DNA of 64,000 bases, from NCBI RefSeq assembly GCF_964355755.1, contig NC_092672.1, positions 14,880,001 through 14,944,000 on the forward strand, given 5' to 3'. The DNA comes from Antedon mediterranea (Eukaryota > Animalia > Echinodermata). Under the pieces are notes generated by a model, which was not told the DNA's origin, made no database searches, and saw only the letters and a list, made by a program, of their open reading frames with translations. The position numbers and the translations under genes are program-made. Shown here piece after piece: positions 12,779 to 26,472 of the stretch; position 1 is the first letter of the stretch, and each line of letters starts with the position of its first letter.

Positions 12779-13444
12779 GAATTCACCAACACTTTCAGGC
12801 CCGGGCCCGAGTTTGTGTAGACCAGACTTCCATGCACAGCCACATGTTAAGGAATATGAATCTCTTTATGATTTTAATATGGTTCGAAATGATATTACAC
12901 AACAACGATTAGACAGCAACTGTGCAAGAGTCCAACTAATAAAATCGGAATGATCAATTAATTGAACATTTAACAGCATAAGGCCCATACACTAGGACAA
13001 TAACGATCGACGATAAATAGACAAATGTGCATTTTTAATACATAAACCAAAAGAAATATAAACCATTCCTTTGATGAAAATTATATTTTCACACGTCCAA
13101 TCAAATGACGTCATGATTAGTAAGACCAATAATATCGTGACAATACAGCGATTTTATTGTTTTTATTTATCATGACGTCATTTGATTGGAATTTGAAAAA
13201 CATTATTTTTATCAAAGACAGCATAAATTCAAATTCAAATTCAAATTCAAATATTCTTTATTCATCCTCTATCATGAAAATATACAACAACAATATATGA
13301 GAACATAAAAAAGATGAAAAGGAAACACATAAAAACTCAAAAGAGCTTGATTAGTTGTGTCCCCCTATGTCCCTAACTAGCCTAAAAAAACTAAAACATA
13401 AATAATAAAAAAGCTAAATCCTGCAACAAGTATGATTTTTAAAA

Positions 13445-16400
13445 TTATTTGTAAAATGATAATAAATGTTCTTTAAACAATGATTTAAATATATATATTG
13501 ATTTGGTACTTTGTAGTTCGTAATTCAAGTCATTCCACAATTTGGGTCCCACACATGACACAGTAAAACTAGTAGAAGTGCGATTACGTTTTCTGAGTCT
13601 CATTTTGTCTTTAGATCTTGTATTATAATTATGGTAAGAACCATTTTTAATAAAGAGCGATGAAAAACGCACGTCCTGATTAGTAGTAACATTATACATG
13701 AAAAGCCCAATTTGGTACTTATTGATATCCGCAATTTTAAGAAGTTTAAATTTATAGAAACATTCAGTCATTGAATCATTAAACTTTGACCATGTTATAG
13801 CTCGTAATGCCCTTTTCTGGAGTTTAAATAACTCATCTAAATAACTTGGAAATGTGCTACACCATATTATGTTGCAATAATTTAATACTGGTTCAATGAG
13901 TGATTTGTATATTGTCCAGAGAGCATAGGTTGGTAAAAAATGTCTTACTTTATATAGTATGCCTACATATCGAGATATTTTCCTAGCTGTAACATTGATG
14001 TGGTTCTTATATGTGAGAAATTCATCAATATGTACTCCAAGGAATTTAGTCGATTTAACTCTATCTATTCTTTTATTGTTGACATAAATATTTACATTCT
14101 CTAAATTACTTGGATTTCGCTGATTGCGGAAAATTATGTAATTAGTTTTTTTAACGTTGATTGATAGTTTATTGCACATGAACCAATCCGAAACATTTTT
14201 TAGTTCACCATTAACTAGTTCTATGAGCGTATCCAAGTTTTCGTGAGATGCAGATATGTTTGTGTCGTCAGCAAATAAAACAAAAGATAACGAGTTTGAG
14301 CAATTAAATACATCGTTAATGTACAAAATAAAAAGTAGAGGCCCCAGAATTGAACCCTGTGGTACACCGCAATTTATATCCATCAAACACGAACTTGTGT
14401 TATCAATAGACGTAAATTGTTTCCTTCCACTAATATAGTTTCTAAACCATTTAAGGGCCGTGCCTCTTATGCCATAGTGTTCCAATTTTTTAAGAAGTAT
14501 ATCATGGTTGATGGTGTCAAACGCTTTTGACAAATCAATAAATATTCCGATGGTATTTTTTTTCTTATCAAGCGCATCGGTTATTCGTTCAACCAGATCT
14601 ATAACGGCCATAAAAGTAGAACTGTTTTTTCTGAAACCATATTGTGCATTATTAAGGATGTTAAACTTTGTGATATAATTATTTACTCTAATTTGAACAA
14701 TTTTTTCAAGAATTTTTGAAGCGGTAGGCAGAATAGAGATCGGCCTATAATTACTGACGTCACTTTTATTGCCAGATTTAAAAATTGGAACTACTCTAGC
14801 TACTTTCATACTATCAGGGACCATGCCTGTCTCAAGAGAGAGGTTAAAGATAATTATGTACAAGAGGAGATGCCACAGCAGCAATAATATGTTTTAGAAT
14901 GCGATTACTTAAGTTATCAACACCTTCTGAATTTGAATTTTTGATTTGACTAACTATTTCAATGACCTCTTCTTCATTCGTAGGATTGAAAAATATGGAT
15001 TGGGATTGACTCTCTTTCATATATTGTTTAAAGTCAGAATTGTTTACATTCGGTATTTTGTTTGCTAATTCATTTCCAATGTTGGAGAAGAAGTCATTAA
15101 AAGCGTCAGACATACCTTTTGGATCACATACCAAAGTTTTATTACTATGGTTAATTACCTCATTTGGCTTAACACTCGATTTTTTTCTATTTAGAACTTC
15201 ATTTAAAACTTTCCATGTTTGCTTTGAATCGTGTCGAGCTGCATCCAGTTTTTTGGAATAATATTGTTTTTTCCGAATTCTAATTAAATGAGTTAATTTA
15301 TTTTTGTACTTTTTATATATATTTTTTAATAATTGTGTTGGGTTTTTAAGGTATTTTTTATAAAGTTTATTTTTCTTTTTTATTGAAATCAAAATTCCTG
15401 TTGTGATCCATGGTTTTTTCTTTGTATTACCATTTGGCTTATTACTTTTTGTAGGTATGTTATTATCTATGAGATTGGATAGTTTTTTAATAAATAGGTT
15501 ATATGATGTATTGGTATCTGTGCATAAATATAGTTCACCCCAATCCTCATTAGAAATAGCAATAAGCAAGTTATTTAATGTTGTATCATTAATTATTTTT
15601 TGTTTTGTAATTGGAGCTTGTGTGTTAGTATTTAATGACAAGTGTGTTGTCATGAAAATGGGTAGATGATCGGTAATGTCAGTGACTATTACTCCACAAT
15701 GCGAAATGTTATCATCATTTGTAATAATATTATCTAAAATTGTAGCAGAATACGATGTTATTCTGGTGGGTAAGTTGATTAATGGATTAAAAGATGTTGA
15801 GTAAATAATGTTTGTGAATTCCTGTGTTGTTTTTTGAATGTCATATTTTAATAAGTCTTGATTAAAATCTCCTAAGATATAGCAGTTTTTGTTTTCGCGA
15901 TTAAGTTTATGTAAGATTTCTTCCAGATCAGAGTTAAATGAGTTGACGTTTGAATTTGGTGGTCGATACAACATACCTACAATAGTATTTTTGCCGTTTG
16001 TGTTTATTATTTCTAGAAAAAGTGAATCAATGGAGTTATCATTAAATACAAAATCATCACGTGTTACGGTGTTGATTTGTTCTTTTAAATATAGACAAAC
16101 TCCACCACCGACTCTACCTTCTCTATTACAAGTGTACATATTGTATCCATTGATATTTAATAAGTCAATTGGCGTGTTCTTATTTATCCAGGTTTCCGAG
16201 AAACCAAGTACATCAAACGCACGACCTATGGTATCTAACATAATGCTAATTTCGTCGAAGTGTTTTGGAAGACTACGTGCATTCATGTGTAACGTTGTAA
16301 AGATACCATTGTTATCAATTTGCGCCTGCAGCTCATTAAGTTGTATTGGAGTGAAATATTTGCATAAACCAGCCTCGTCACTTTCAAAGCAATCTATGGA

Positions 16401-16466
16401 ATGTGTAGGACTCGATTTATTTTCATATTGAGTCGTGCTCATAAAGTAGTATTGGAAAAAGAACAA
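13445..16466 (-). CDS. LINE ORF2 (AP endonuclease + RT) with a single frameshift near 14855
   Basis: EN motifs HMNARSL, FSETW, GGGV, LGDFN, LDNI, TDH in 14844-16466; RT motifs NYRPIS, FIDLSKAFD, GVPQGSILGP, FADD in 13445-14884. Confidence 0.9.
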
Positions 16467-16706
16467 AATATAATCAATTCACCAAAGCTGTTAAGCAAAA
16501 TGGCGTTCAAATAAATGACTAAAAACCGGCAGGTTAGCAATACAATAATAAAAAAAACCACAATTTACAATAAAAAGAATCACAATAAAGCACACACACC
16601 AAACAGTTAATGCAGTCTATAATGTATACAATAGTTAAAATTCTGGTTTCAGGGCAAAAACAAGAAATCTCACAATTTCACATTTAATGTACTACCACAC
16701 GGTAAA

Positions 16707-17531
16707 TTAGGTGGAATGCAGTTTGTTGAGATCGGAAAATTTTGTTACGATAATCTTCTTATTATTCTTAGTTAGTACATGTATGCGTCCATCTTGGGTC
16801 CAGACTGCGGTCAAGGCGGAATTATGCTGGGTTTTGATGGTTCTTAACAATTTCATCCTTTTCATTGTTAGGTTCTCGTGTATAAAGGTATCGGTACCTT
16901 TCAGTTTTCTTTTTGCTTTATAAACTTCATTTCTTTTATTGTATTGAGCGAACTTCACAATAACTCCCCGGGGCTTGCCGTTACTTGGTTTCTTGGGGCC
17001 TAGTCTGTGACTCCTATCAATGTCATTATGATTCACCGTAAGGTTCATCTTAGAACTAAATAATTGTGTAACAATATTATCGGTATTCTCACCTACTTTC
17101 TCCTCCAGTCCGTGTATCACCAAACAGTTCCTCCTGGAATATTGTTCACTTTCATCCAGTGATTCCCTAATGTCCTCGATTTCCTGTTCCATTTTCTTCA
17201 TGCGATCATTCGACTCGTCAAGTTCAAATCTAAGAGCATCCATAGTGGCTTTACTAACAATTTGCATAATATGCTCAGCCAGTTGGTCCTTGATCATCGA
17301 TGTTATTTGTTTCGCTAAGTTATCCAATATGTCCGATTTGCCATCAAATAAGAGTTTCAATTCAGATTGGATAATGCCAGCGATTTCCTTAGAGTCTATG
17401 TCGCAATTGGACTTATCTAATTTATCATTAAGGCAAGGGATGCCTTTTCCTTCAGCCTCTTTTTGGTTACGACGTGGCCTGGCTGCAGGCGAATCGTCCC
17501 TCTGTCCTCCTTTTGGCTTACCACCGCCCAT
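16707..17531 (-). CDS. LINE ORF1 protein (coiled coil + L1-type RRM/CTD-like)
   Basis: Intact 274 aa; EQYSRRNCLVIHGL, IDRSHRLG, VIVKF, FIHENLT, VWTQDGRI. Confidence 0.9.
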   Translation of the reverse strand: MGGGKPKGGQRDDSPAARPRRNQKEAEGKGIPCLNDKLDKSNCDIDSKEIAGIIQSELKLLFDGKSDILDNLAKQITSMIKDQLAEHIMQIVSKATMDALRFELDESNDRMKKMEQEIEDIRESLDESEQYSRRNCLVIHGLEEKVGENTDNIVTQLFSSKMNLTVNHNDIDRSHRLGPKKPSNGKPRGVIVKFAQYNKRNEVYKAKRKLKGTDTFIHENLTMKRMKLLRTIKTQHNSALTAVWTQDGRIHVLTKNNKKIIVTKFSDLNKLHST

Positions 17532-18954
17532 GTTGCGGGCAAATAAAACACTGAAATCGAGTAATCAAAATTCCTTGAGGTAAATGAACAATAGTAAACG
17601 TAGGTTGCGACTATGTGTAACAATGCATTCAGCTGGTGTGACACGTGAAATGTTTGATTTCCAGGAGCGATTATCCTATAGGTCTAGAACGAAAACCTTT
17701 CTAATTTCTTTTGGTTTATGTAAAAGAAATGCATGCTATATATTTATCGTCCGTCGTTATCATCATAGTGTAATTGGGCCTTTATACAAAAAAAAATAAA
17801 TTGATTACGAAGTTACATGCCATTTTCACCTATCACCAAAAAAATAACCTTTTCAACACTAATTAATTGTTACGAAGCCAATTTATATTATATATTTCAT
17901 TAAAACTGAACTTTACGGTAAATGAAGAGTAAGTATCAGTTAATATGAATAATATAACTAGTAGGTCTATGAACTTGCGTCCAGACACAGAACTGTGACA
18001 TTACTATCATAAATGTTGAAACCACTTATAAAACCTTTTTTTAAAGAAAATATAATTGTGCTAGGAGAAGGCTAATAAACAAATAGATAATGTACAAACC
18101 TTTTTCTGGATTAATTAATGGAGCAGGCGTTCCTAATAATCTGCTGCTGCTACCTAGACTGATTGTTCACCTTCTGACGATAATTGATTAGACCATTATC
18201 GAATGATTACTTGACAGTGACTTATTATAATACCGGCCTGGTTGACAGCAAAAACGAAGTTATTATTTATTAAACAAGATTTTACAGATTTCCGTCTACA
18301 TCTCAATAATATGTATTATCAGCAAAGGCTTTCATATAGACTCTCTTCTCCCAGACGTTTTTTGGGTCCAGCAGCTACCTATAAATTATAGTCGAGTTTC
18401 CAAATTCACAAAACTGTCAGCCTTAGATACTAAAGCTACCGCTATGAAACAGCTTATTAATGAATGTGTCCTCCTGGGACATAGCTGGCTAGAGCCGCGG
18501 TGCGAAAAACAGTTGTAATGCTAACAATACTGCAAATAGGTATTAACCACTTTTGATCACCATTTGAATCAAAAGTGTGTTGGAATATAAACAAATATAC
18601 TAATAAACTTTATTACTGTGAGTGTGGGTAGCCCCTACTTTTTGATTATAAACACATACTAATATAATACTTTATTACTGACAGTTGCTTCTCAACGTTT
18701 GTATTAATTAATAATTACAAAAATATAAACGTAGTAGTGGTCTTTAAATGTACTTTACTATTTCAATCGACTATGAGACAGTGACAGTATTAAATTGGAA
18801 ATGTTTTACTCTATTTAGTGGTATATTATTTATAGGCCTATAAAAAAAATATTTCGTTACTGAGTGGATAATAAAGAAATATAAAGAATAATTTAATATA
18901 AAGAATATACTTTTTTTTTTCTTCTTTGTACCTATCCTCATTCCCATTCCCATT

Positions 18955-19293
18955 TCCTCGAAAACAGAGACCCCCACTAAAACATCTCAATATTACGTTA
19001 TATAGGGGGTCTCTGTTTTCGAGATTTTCTTGAAAACAGAGACCCCCACTAAAACGTCTCAATATTACGTCAATATTACGTTATATAGGGGGTCTCTGTT
19101 CGAGTTTTTATCGAAAACAGAGACCCCACTAAAACGTTTTAATATTACATTATATAGGGGGTCTCTGTTTTCGAGTTTTTCTCGAAAACAGAGACCCACA
19201 CTAAAACGTCTCTGTTTTCGAGAACTCTAAAACAGAGACCCTGACCCTGGGTCTCTGGTCTCTGTTTTCGAGGTCTCTGTTTTCGAGACACCC
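18955..19293. repeat. Palindromic tandem subrepeats GAAAACAGAGACCCC...GGGGTCTCTGTTTTC (probable transposon end)
   Basis: About four imperfect 60-80 bp hairpin units ending GGTCTCTGTTTTCGAGACACCC. Confidence 0.8.
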
Positions 19294-20079
19294 ACTATTA
19301 GCTAGGCTTAGAAAATTCAACCAAAAAACATTCTAGAATAAGATAATGTAATCATAACTCCAAAGCTCACCGAAGTTTTGTGGCTCAATAGAAAACTTTA
19401 CAAATCTATAATTTCTAGAAAAATCTTTAAAAGAATTGAAACTAAAGGGCAAGGCACAACCACGCTGCATACATAAAGGCCGCCATGATACTTCTCCAAT
19501 ACAACCAGCCTAGCGCCCTCACTAGCTCTGTTCAATGGGAACGCTATAGTATTGTCTTAATTATTGAAATGTTGTGGATAAAATAGTTAACCCCATCACT
19601 CAAACAAAATGACTCAATCAAAGCAAAATTGATTAACATTTCAAGAGAGGAGGGGCCTATCTTTTCAGTCTTTGTTACTAATTGTGTTTCCTGTCACCCT
19701 TTGGTACTTTGTATTTTGTTAATTTTACTCAATTACTCTTGTTCTTTTTGTTCCATGATTTCCGAAACGTCAATCTTTTTTGTAATTAAATTTAAAGTTA
19801 TATAGTACACATCTCTTAATTTATATAATAGTTATTGCTGAAATTGTGTTGTTTTTGTTCCATGATGGTTCCAAAACGTTGATCTTTTTTGTAATTAAAT
19901 TATTAATTAATTAATTAAAAATTATAGTAAACTTCTCTTAATTTATATAATGTTATTGCTGAAATTGTAACTGTTTTATGAACAAAATAATTATTTGTGT
20001 ACACCATTTAACACCAATAACCAGCTCAAGTTTACCTGAAGTGGCGTGTAAATGAATAATTTTTTAAAATTTTATATAG

Positions 20080-20291
20080 GCAAATAGGAGCCATTCCAGT
20101 GCAGAAAATGATGCGTGCATTGGGCTTCAAATTGACAAAGAAGGAAGCTCGTGAAATGATTGCAGATATGGATATTGACAAGAATGGCTTGATTGATTTT
20201 AACGAATTTCTTCAGTTTATCATTGATAGACAGGGCACAGCTAGGGACATACATGCTGAGATTGAACAGGGATTTAAAATGTTTGACTATG
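20080..20291 (+). CDS. Centrin-like EF-hand protein, coding exon 3
   Basis: AG at 20078-20079, donor GTTAGT at 20292; MMRALGF and EF loop DIDKNGLIDFNE; phases match both neighbours. Confidence 0.92.
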
Positions 20292-20400
20292 GTTAGTGTT
20301 TTTTTGTATAAAATCTGAGTTTTTATTTACTCTATTTACAGTAAACAGTTTTTATATTAGTCCTTTGTTTGTTAAAAATGGTATCTATTCTTTAATTTAG

Positions 20401-20573
20401 ACGGCACTGGTCAGTTGAATTTAGATGATCTTAAGACAGCATGCAAAGAAGCTGGCGCTAAGTTCACAGAGATTGAATTAAAGGAAATGATAGAGGAGGC
20501 AGACACCAATGGAGATGGAAAGGTTAATCTTGAGGAGTTTACAAACATTATGCTGAAGACCAATCTCTTCTAA
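20401..20573 (+). CDS. Centrin-like EF-hand protein, last coding exon
   Basis: TTTAG acceptor; EF loops DYDGTGQLNLDD and DTNGDGKVNLEE; centrin-type C-terminus IMLKTNLF-stop. Confidence 0.92.
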
Positions 20574-20729
20574 TTTAAACAGTATACTAATGCATTGTGT
20601 AAAGCGAATATAAATATTGAACTAAACTGAGAACTCAATTTGACATTTTTTTGCTTTAAATTACTCAGTTTTTTTAGGTAAATACATTTAGGTTATACAT
20701 AAGTATATGTAACATTTAGTCACAATTAA

Positions 20730-21760
20730 ATTTACAATATTTAATAGTCATTTAAATGTCCTTGTCTAAAGCCTCCCTGGACCTCCGATAGACATTATTA
20801 TTCTCAAGATAACAAGAAATGTTCTGGGAAAAAATTCTATTAAAAATCTTTGAAACACATGATGTCAGAAATATTCCTCTGTAATTATTCATATCTTTCC
20901 ATTCTCCTTTCTTAAAAATTGGGACTATACTACTAACATTCCATTCATTTGGAATAGTTTCGAGATGAATAATTCTATTAAATAACTCTAAAATAGAATG
21001 ATACAATATTTCTTAAAATAACATTTTCTTTCCACCATTCTTTAACAATGCAATTGTAATTGGAGCTTTATTATTTTTGGCAAATGAGATTGCCTCGGCC
21101 ACAATATCAACATTAATTTCTATATTATAGTATATACAATTATCATCGTCGTTTGTTGATTGATCAATATTATCATGTCGAATGTGTTCAACAAACTTAT
21201 TTGTTCTAAAAGAGCTACTATCATTCATATTTATATTCATTTTACCTAATGTTTCCCAGTTATTGTTTTATAGTTTGGTTCATCATCTTCTTGTCTGATA
21301 TAACCTCATTTGACCCAGGACCCCTAATACAATCAACCTTATTGTTTAACAATAAGGTTGATTGATTGTAATAATATTACAATTTTGTTTAGATTCTCTA
21401 AGAAATTCCCAGAAATCTTTACATGAGGGACCGCCCTTTTTTGCAATATCAACATTCTTTTCAAGAATACGCTTTTGTTGATAAGAAGCCAAATACAATT
21501 GCTTGTACCAGCATCTTAGTTATTTGACTTTACATAATGTCTATGAAGTCTTCTTCCTGTCGTTTATAGTTTACTTGTTTATCAAACCATGGTTTTCGTT
21601 TACTCTTCATCTCTTTAACTCCTATGGCTTCAGTTGCCGCGGATATTACAATATCTTTGGCGTTATCAAAAGAATTGGCATCCCAATTAATAAAACTGTG
21701 AGATATGTATCATTCTTAATGTCCCATAGGTTTCTGAGGTTGGATAATTATAACATCCAT
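20730..21760 (-). mobile_element. Degraded LINE ORF2 fragment
   Basis: IPNEWNVSSIVPIFKKG...NNYRGIFLTSCVSKIF. Confidence 0.8.
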
Positions 21761-21779
21761 CAACAGTAAAACTTTAAAA

Positions 21780-24340
21780 TATATATTGCATGTGCGCTAT
21801 TATGATCTAACAATCTTTGAGTTAAAAAATCTCATATGTAATGGATGTTTCTTATCTTCTAAAATTTTACTTAATTTACTTAGGACCTGTTTTTCATAAA
21901 GATATTTTAAATCATTAACCGTACAACCAATTATATTTGATGCTATCTTAGTAATTCTAATGAGACCTTTCTTGTGTGTTTCATTTAAATTACCGAACCA
22001 AGCAATAAAAGAGATAACTAGTACTGATTGAATAACTGTTTCATAGAATAATTTTTTAAAGTACCACAGCTAACATTAAATTTATTTAGCTTTCTTAGGA
22101 AATATAACCTTTGGTGACCTTTCTTAATTATCTCGGCCATATTTTTTTCAAAACTAAGTTGATCATCAATATGTGTACCAAGATATTTGGTTTCATGAAC
22201 ACGTTCAATTGTCTGATCATTAACTATCAGATAACTTTTTTCATTTTTCTTTTTCCTAAAATCCCATATAATTTCTTTAGTTTTATTAAAATTAATCTTA
22301 AGGTAATTGTCATTGCACCATGACATTAATTTAACATATTCAGCCTTATACACATGATCGTCAGCATTTTTCAATAGACCAATCAGTACCATGTCATCTG
22401 CGTATTTGATTATATGACACATGCTACATGAAGATCGACATTCACTAGTATATATTGTAAATAAACTTGGTGACAGACAACACCCCTGGGGTGCACCAGT
22501 GTTGATCCTTCTAATCTCTGAGATAGATTTACCAACTTTAACCGATTTGTAAGAAAATCACCAACCCATAGAGCAAGGTAAGGATTAACCTTCCATTCAG
22601 ACATTTTATTCATTAAAATATGAGGCTGCATCAAATTAAATGCAGATGAAAAGTCTATGAATAGCCCTCGAGCATAGGTCCCCTTCTTATCTAAATGTGA
22701 AACCACCAGGTCTAACAAGGTTATAATAGCATCATCGACCCCTCTATTACATTGATATGCAAATTGGTTATTATCCATAAAATCACTACATTCAGACATT
22801 AGTTGACTTCTAACAATTTTCTCAAGGATCTTCATTAGAATAGATGTTAATGCCACTGGTCTGAAGTCGTTAATGATTTTAGGGTTACCGGTACACATTT
22901 TCGGAACAGGTATAATCTCAGAGACCTTCCATAGATCAGGTACCACCCCCGTGTTCAGTGAACACTGGAAAAGCTGGCTTATTATTGGTGAAAGCTGAGA
23001 GGCACATGATCTAATCAAACGCCCTGATACACCGTCCGGACCCTTTGTTACTAACATTTACCCTTTCCATATATTTCTTAACATCATCTACATCAATTTG
23101 TATTGCACTTTTATCATTCATTTCATTTTTAAACCCTTCAGCAGATGCAGTCATTTCACATTTAAAATTTATTTCATCAAATCTAGAATAAAAAATATTA
23201 AAATCATTTGGTTTAAAACTGTGTTCAATTTCATTATTTTTCTTCCCTATACCTGTAATTTTCCTAACTCCATTCCAGGCACTTGAATTTGTTCTCAATT
23301 TTTTCTCCATATTCTTTTTTACATGCTTTGATTTTCTTAGTTACACATTTTTTAATCTTTTTCTTTTCCATCTCGTTGCATTTGTTTTTGGATGCAATAT
23401 ATTTCTTAAATAATTCCTTTCTTAAATCTTTTGTGAGCCAAGGCTTAGGCCTATTATTATTAAATATTCTAATTTTCTTTTTGGGTAAGATCAGATTTTG
23501 ACAGAATTTTATATATTCAACAATTGCTACTGTAGCCTCATTTAAAGTTTCCGAAGAGTCCATAAACATATTCCAATCAGTGGCTTCATAACACCCTTTT
23601 AACTCATTAACCTTATCCTCAGCAGACCACACTAATCTTTCTATAACAATAGGTTTCTGCTGTTTAAGTTTCTGTTTATATTTCGGAATAAGATTAATAC
23701 AATTATGATCAGAATTTCCTATACCTAGTAATTTATAAGCCTTATAGGCTTCACTAATATTCCCAAAACACTTATCTAATACATTTTCTTTTCTAGTAGC
23801 ATATTTAACATGCTGTCTATACTCGGGTAGGAACTTCTTGATCTTGCAGCCCTTGTTAAAATCGCCCATCACAAAGTTTGGTGCATCTGGTGCAATCTTC
23901 TCCATCCTGCGAATAACCTCAGAGACTTTCTGTGCCGCGATCATGTCGTTAGCATTTGGGTGGATATACGCACAAGTAATATATATTCTGTTAAATTCTC
24001 TCGGAAGATAATACGGTCTCAACGAAAGTGTCAACAATTCAATGTCAACAGAACAATATTGTTCCTTCACCGAAACATTTCTGCACCATTTATTATTCAC
24101 GTAGTTACATACACCCCCGCCTTTAGCTTTACCGGTGACATCCCTGCTTCTATCCATACGAAATAAGGAAAACCCATCAATACTTAACAATTCATCCGGA
24201 TCGGTATTGCAAAACCATGTTTCTGATATGCATATCACACACACATTTCGGTATTCATTTCGATATTTACAACACGCTTGTAATTCATCCATTTTGTTTC
24301 TTAACGATCTAGCATTACCAAAATTGCCTCTCCGCTAAAA
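21780..24340 (-). mobile_element. Rex1/Babar-type LINE ORF2 (EN+RT), frameshifted
   Basis: ISETWF, GKAKGGGVCNYVNNKWC, LRPYYLPREF, DFRPVALTS, FIDFSSAFN, KYADD, QRLYFLRKL. Confidence 0.88.
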
Positions 24341-25000
24341 AGTCTGCCGACATTTCCGCTTGGGCTGCTCCGTATATCTCTTTTACCAGTTTCGTCTTCT
24401 TTCATGGCTAGTTGTTTAAGTTGTTTGATGTCTTTCTTGGTTTTCAATTATCTTGATGTTTGTGTTCTGCTTATAAAGGGTGAGTAGGTCGTTGCTGAGA
24501 GTTATTGGTAGGGTGATTCTCGGTCTTCCTCGAAATGTTATATTGGTAGTGTTGCTTATTGCTGTGTTAGCTGGTGTACATGGGTCTTGTCTGAGAATGT
24601 GACCAATTGTCTCCATCTTGCGTCAAATATTTCTAACGATTGGTTTTGTTCCTGTCCTTCTGTATACATTTATGTTCGATATCCTGTCTGCAGAGGAACC
24701 TGATACCTATAATTTTGCGAAGTTGCTGTCTGTGAAATGTGTCAAGTTTATGTGCTTCTTCTTTTGTGAGTCCCCATGTTTCGGAGTTGTAGAGTAAATA
24801 CTTTTAACTAGTGAGTTGTACAACTTAATAAGTATTTTCAATTTGATTTTATCGTTTCGAAGCCACATCGAGTTTAGTTTGGTCATTGCTACACGCGCTA
24901 GTTGTTTTCTTCTAATTATGTCTTGTCTGTCCCCAAGGAGCGATCCTACTTTTTTCGTGTTTCTCCATTGCTCTTGTATGTCTTCTTTTTTCTCGTCCAA
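24340..25000 (-). mobile_element. RTE/RTEX-like LINE 3' fragment
   Basis: KKVGSLLGDRQDIIRRKQLA...KLYNSLVKSI; GHILR...GRPRITL. Confidence 0.7.
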
Positions 25001-25002
25001 AA

Positions 25003-26470
25003 ATGGGACCTAACTTTGCTTGCCTCTTTATGGGGTATTTTGAGCAGAATGTGTTACGAGATTTTAAGGGAAAGAAACCAGATTTATTCAAACGGTATAT
25101 TGATGATTGTGTTGGTGTTATGTCAGGAACTTTAGATGAACTTAATGAGTTCATTAACTTCGTGAACAATTTTCATCCTGCTATAAAGTTTACTCATGAA
25201 ATTTCTGACAAGTTTGTGAATTTCCTTGATATTAGTTTATCTATTGATAAACCTGGTCTTTCTACATCCGTTCACTACAAAGATACTGACGCGCACACTT
25301 ATCTAAATTACAACTCTTCGCATCCTCCAGCTTGTAAGAATGCTATACCGTATTCGCAACTTGTTAGACTTCGACGTTTATGTAGCGATGATGATGAATT
25401 TAACATCAAAGCATCTGAGATGATCGATTTTTTCAATGCACGCGAATATCCATCTGACATTACTGTGAAATCTATAAGAAAAGTTTGCCAGTTAACGCAC
25501 GAGGACACATTGCAACCTACACATAATACAAATGCTTGTGACCGCATACCTCTAGTCCTCACGTATCATCCTATGAATAAGAAGGTTATTACCATTGTCC
25601 GCGATAACTTTTCAATTTTGACTGAAGATAAATCCGCTACAAAAGATATTTTTCAAGAACCACCCATGATAGCTTACAGACGTGATGAAAGCATTAAAGA
25701 CACTTTAGTTAAATCTAAATTATAAAACAAAGGTAATGAATCAACTGGAACATTCAAATGTAATAGAAATAGATGTTCGACATGTAATTACGTTTCATAA
25801 CCAAATAGTAGGACCTTCTGGTAATTATGTTATCACAGATCGTATTACTTGCACCACTAGAAATCTACCGTAGTTTATTGTATTTCATGTACTAAATGTA
25901 ATATGCTTTATATTGGTGAAACTAAACGCAGGTTAGGTGATAGGTTTGTAGAACATTTAAGGTCTATTAAACTAAAGACTCCCGGATTACCTGTAGCCAC
26001 CCATTTTTGTAATAATGAGCATTCCCTTTCGAATATTACAATTTCTGGTGTTAAGGTAAATGGTTCTGAGACATCTCGTAAAATTATAGAAGAAAGAATA
26101 ATTGTAAAGCTTGGCACTCTTGCCCCTACCGGCATAAATGTACAATTTAGATCTTTTAAACATTAATTTTGCCAGAGACATTCACATATTAACAATTATT
26201 CTCACTTGAAGCTTTTTATAAGCAACCATTTCTGCTTTGTACCCCATAGCTTTTGGAGGCGTGTCTTTATAACTATGACTTTTGATTGGCTGATTTGTGT
26301 TATTATGTAATTTTGTGACTTATATATGTTATCCTTTGTTACATTTCTCTTCACCTGATGATGGGCTATGCCCGAAACATGTCGTAAAAATAAACGTATA
26401 TTGAGGCAGTTTTAACTTATTTGATCTTGATTTTTTTCTATATCCTGCCTATGCAGCTATTTGATGTATA
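25003..26470 (+). mobile_element. Penelope-like element A (RT 3' half + Cys linker + GIY-YIG; Neptune-like), 5'-truncated
   Basis: MGPNFACLFMG, RYIDD, FLD, YSQLVRLRRLCS; CNRNRCSTC linker; LYIGETKRRLGDRFVEH; hammerhead in the 3' region. Confidence 0.9.
26350..26388 (+). ncRNA. Minimal type-I hammerhead ribozyme (PLE A)
   Basis: CTGATGA-T-GGGC-TAT-GCCC-GAA-ACATGT-C; palindromic stem III, GUC cleavage triplet. Confidence 0.8.
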
Positions 26471-26472
26471 TT

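Larger units (their letters stand above)
13226..17650 (-). mobile_element. Near-full-length two-ORF LINE (L2/CR1 group, Crack/Daphne-like), antisense in the large centrin intron
   Basis: ORF1 + APE-RT ORF2; 3' UTR with AATAAA and (TTTGAA)n tail at 13226-13251; 5' boundary approximate. Confidence 0.9.

Noticed and set aside
14840-14884. Programmed ribosomal frameshift in LINE ORF2
   Set aside because: No slippery heptamer is evident and EN-RT is normally one ORF; a simple indel is more likely
14256-17583. Plus-strand ORFs of 60-180 aa overlapping the LINE
   Set aside because: Antisense shadows of ORF1/ORF2 with no motifs
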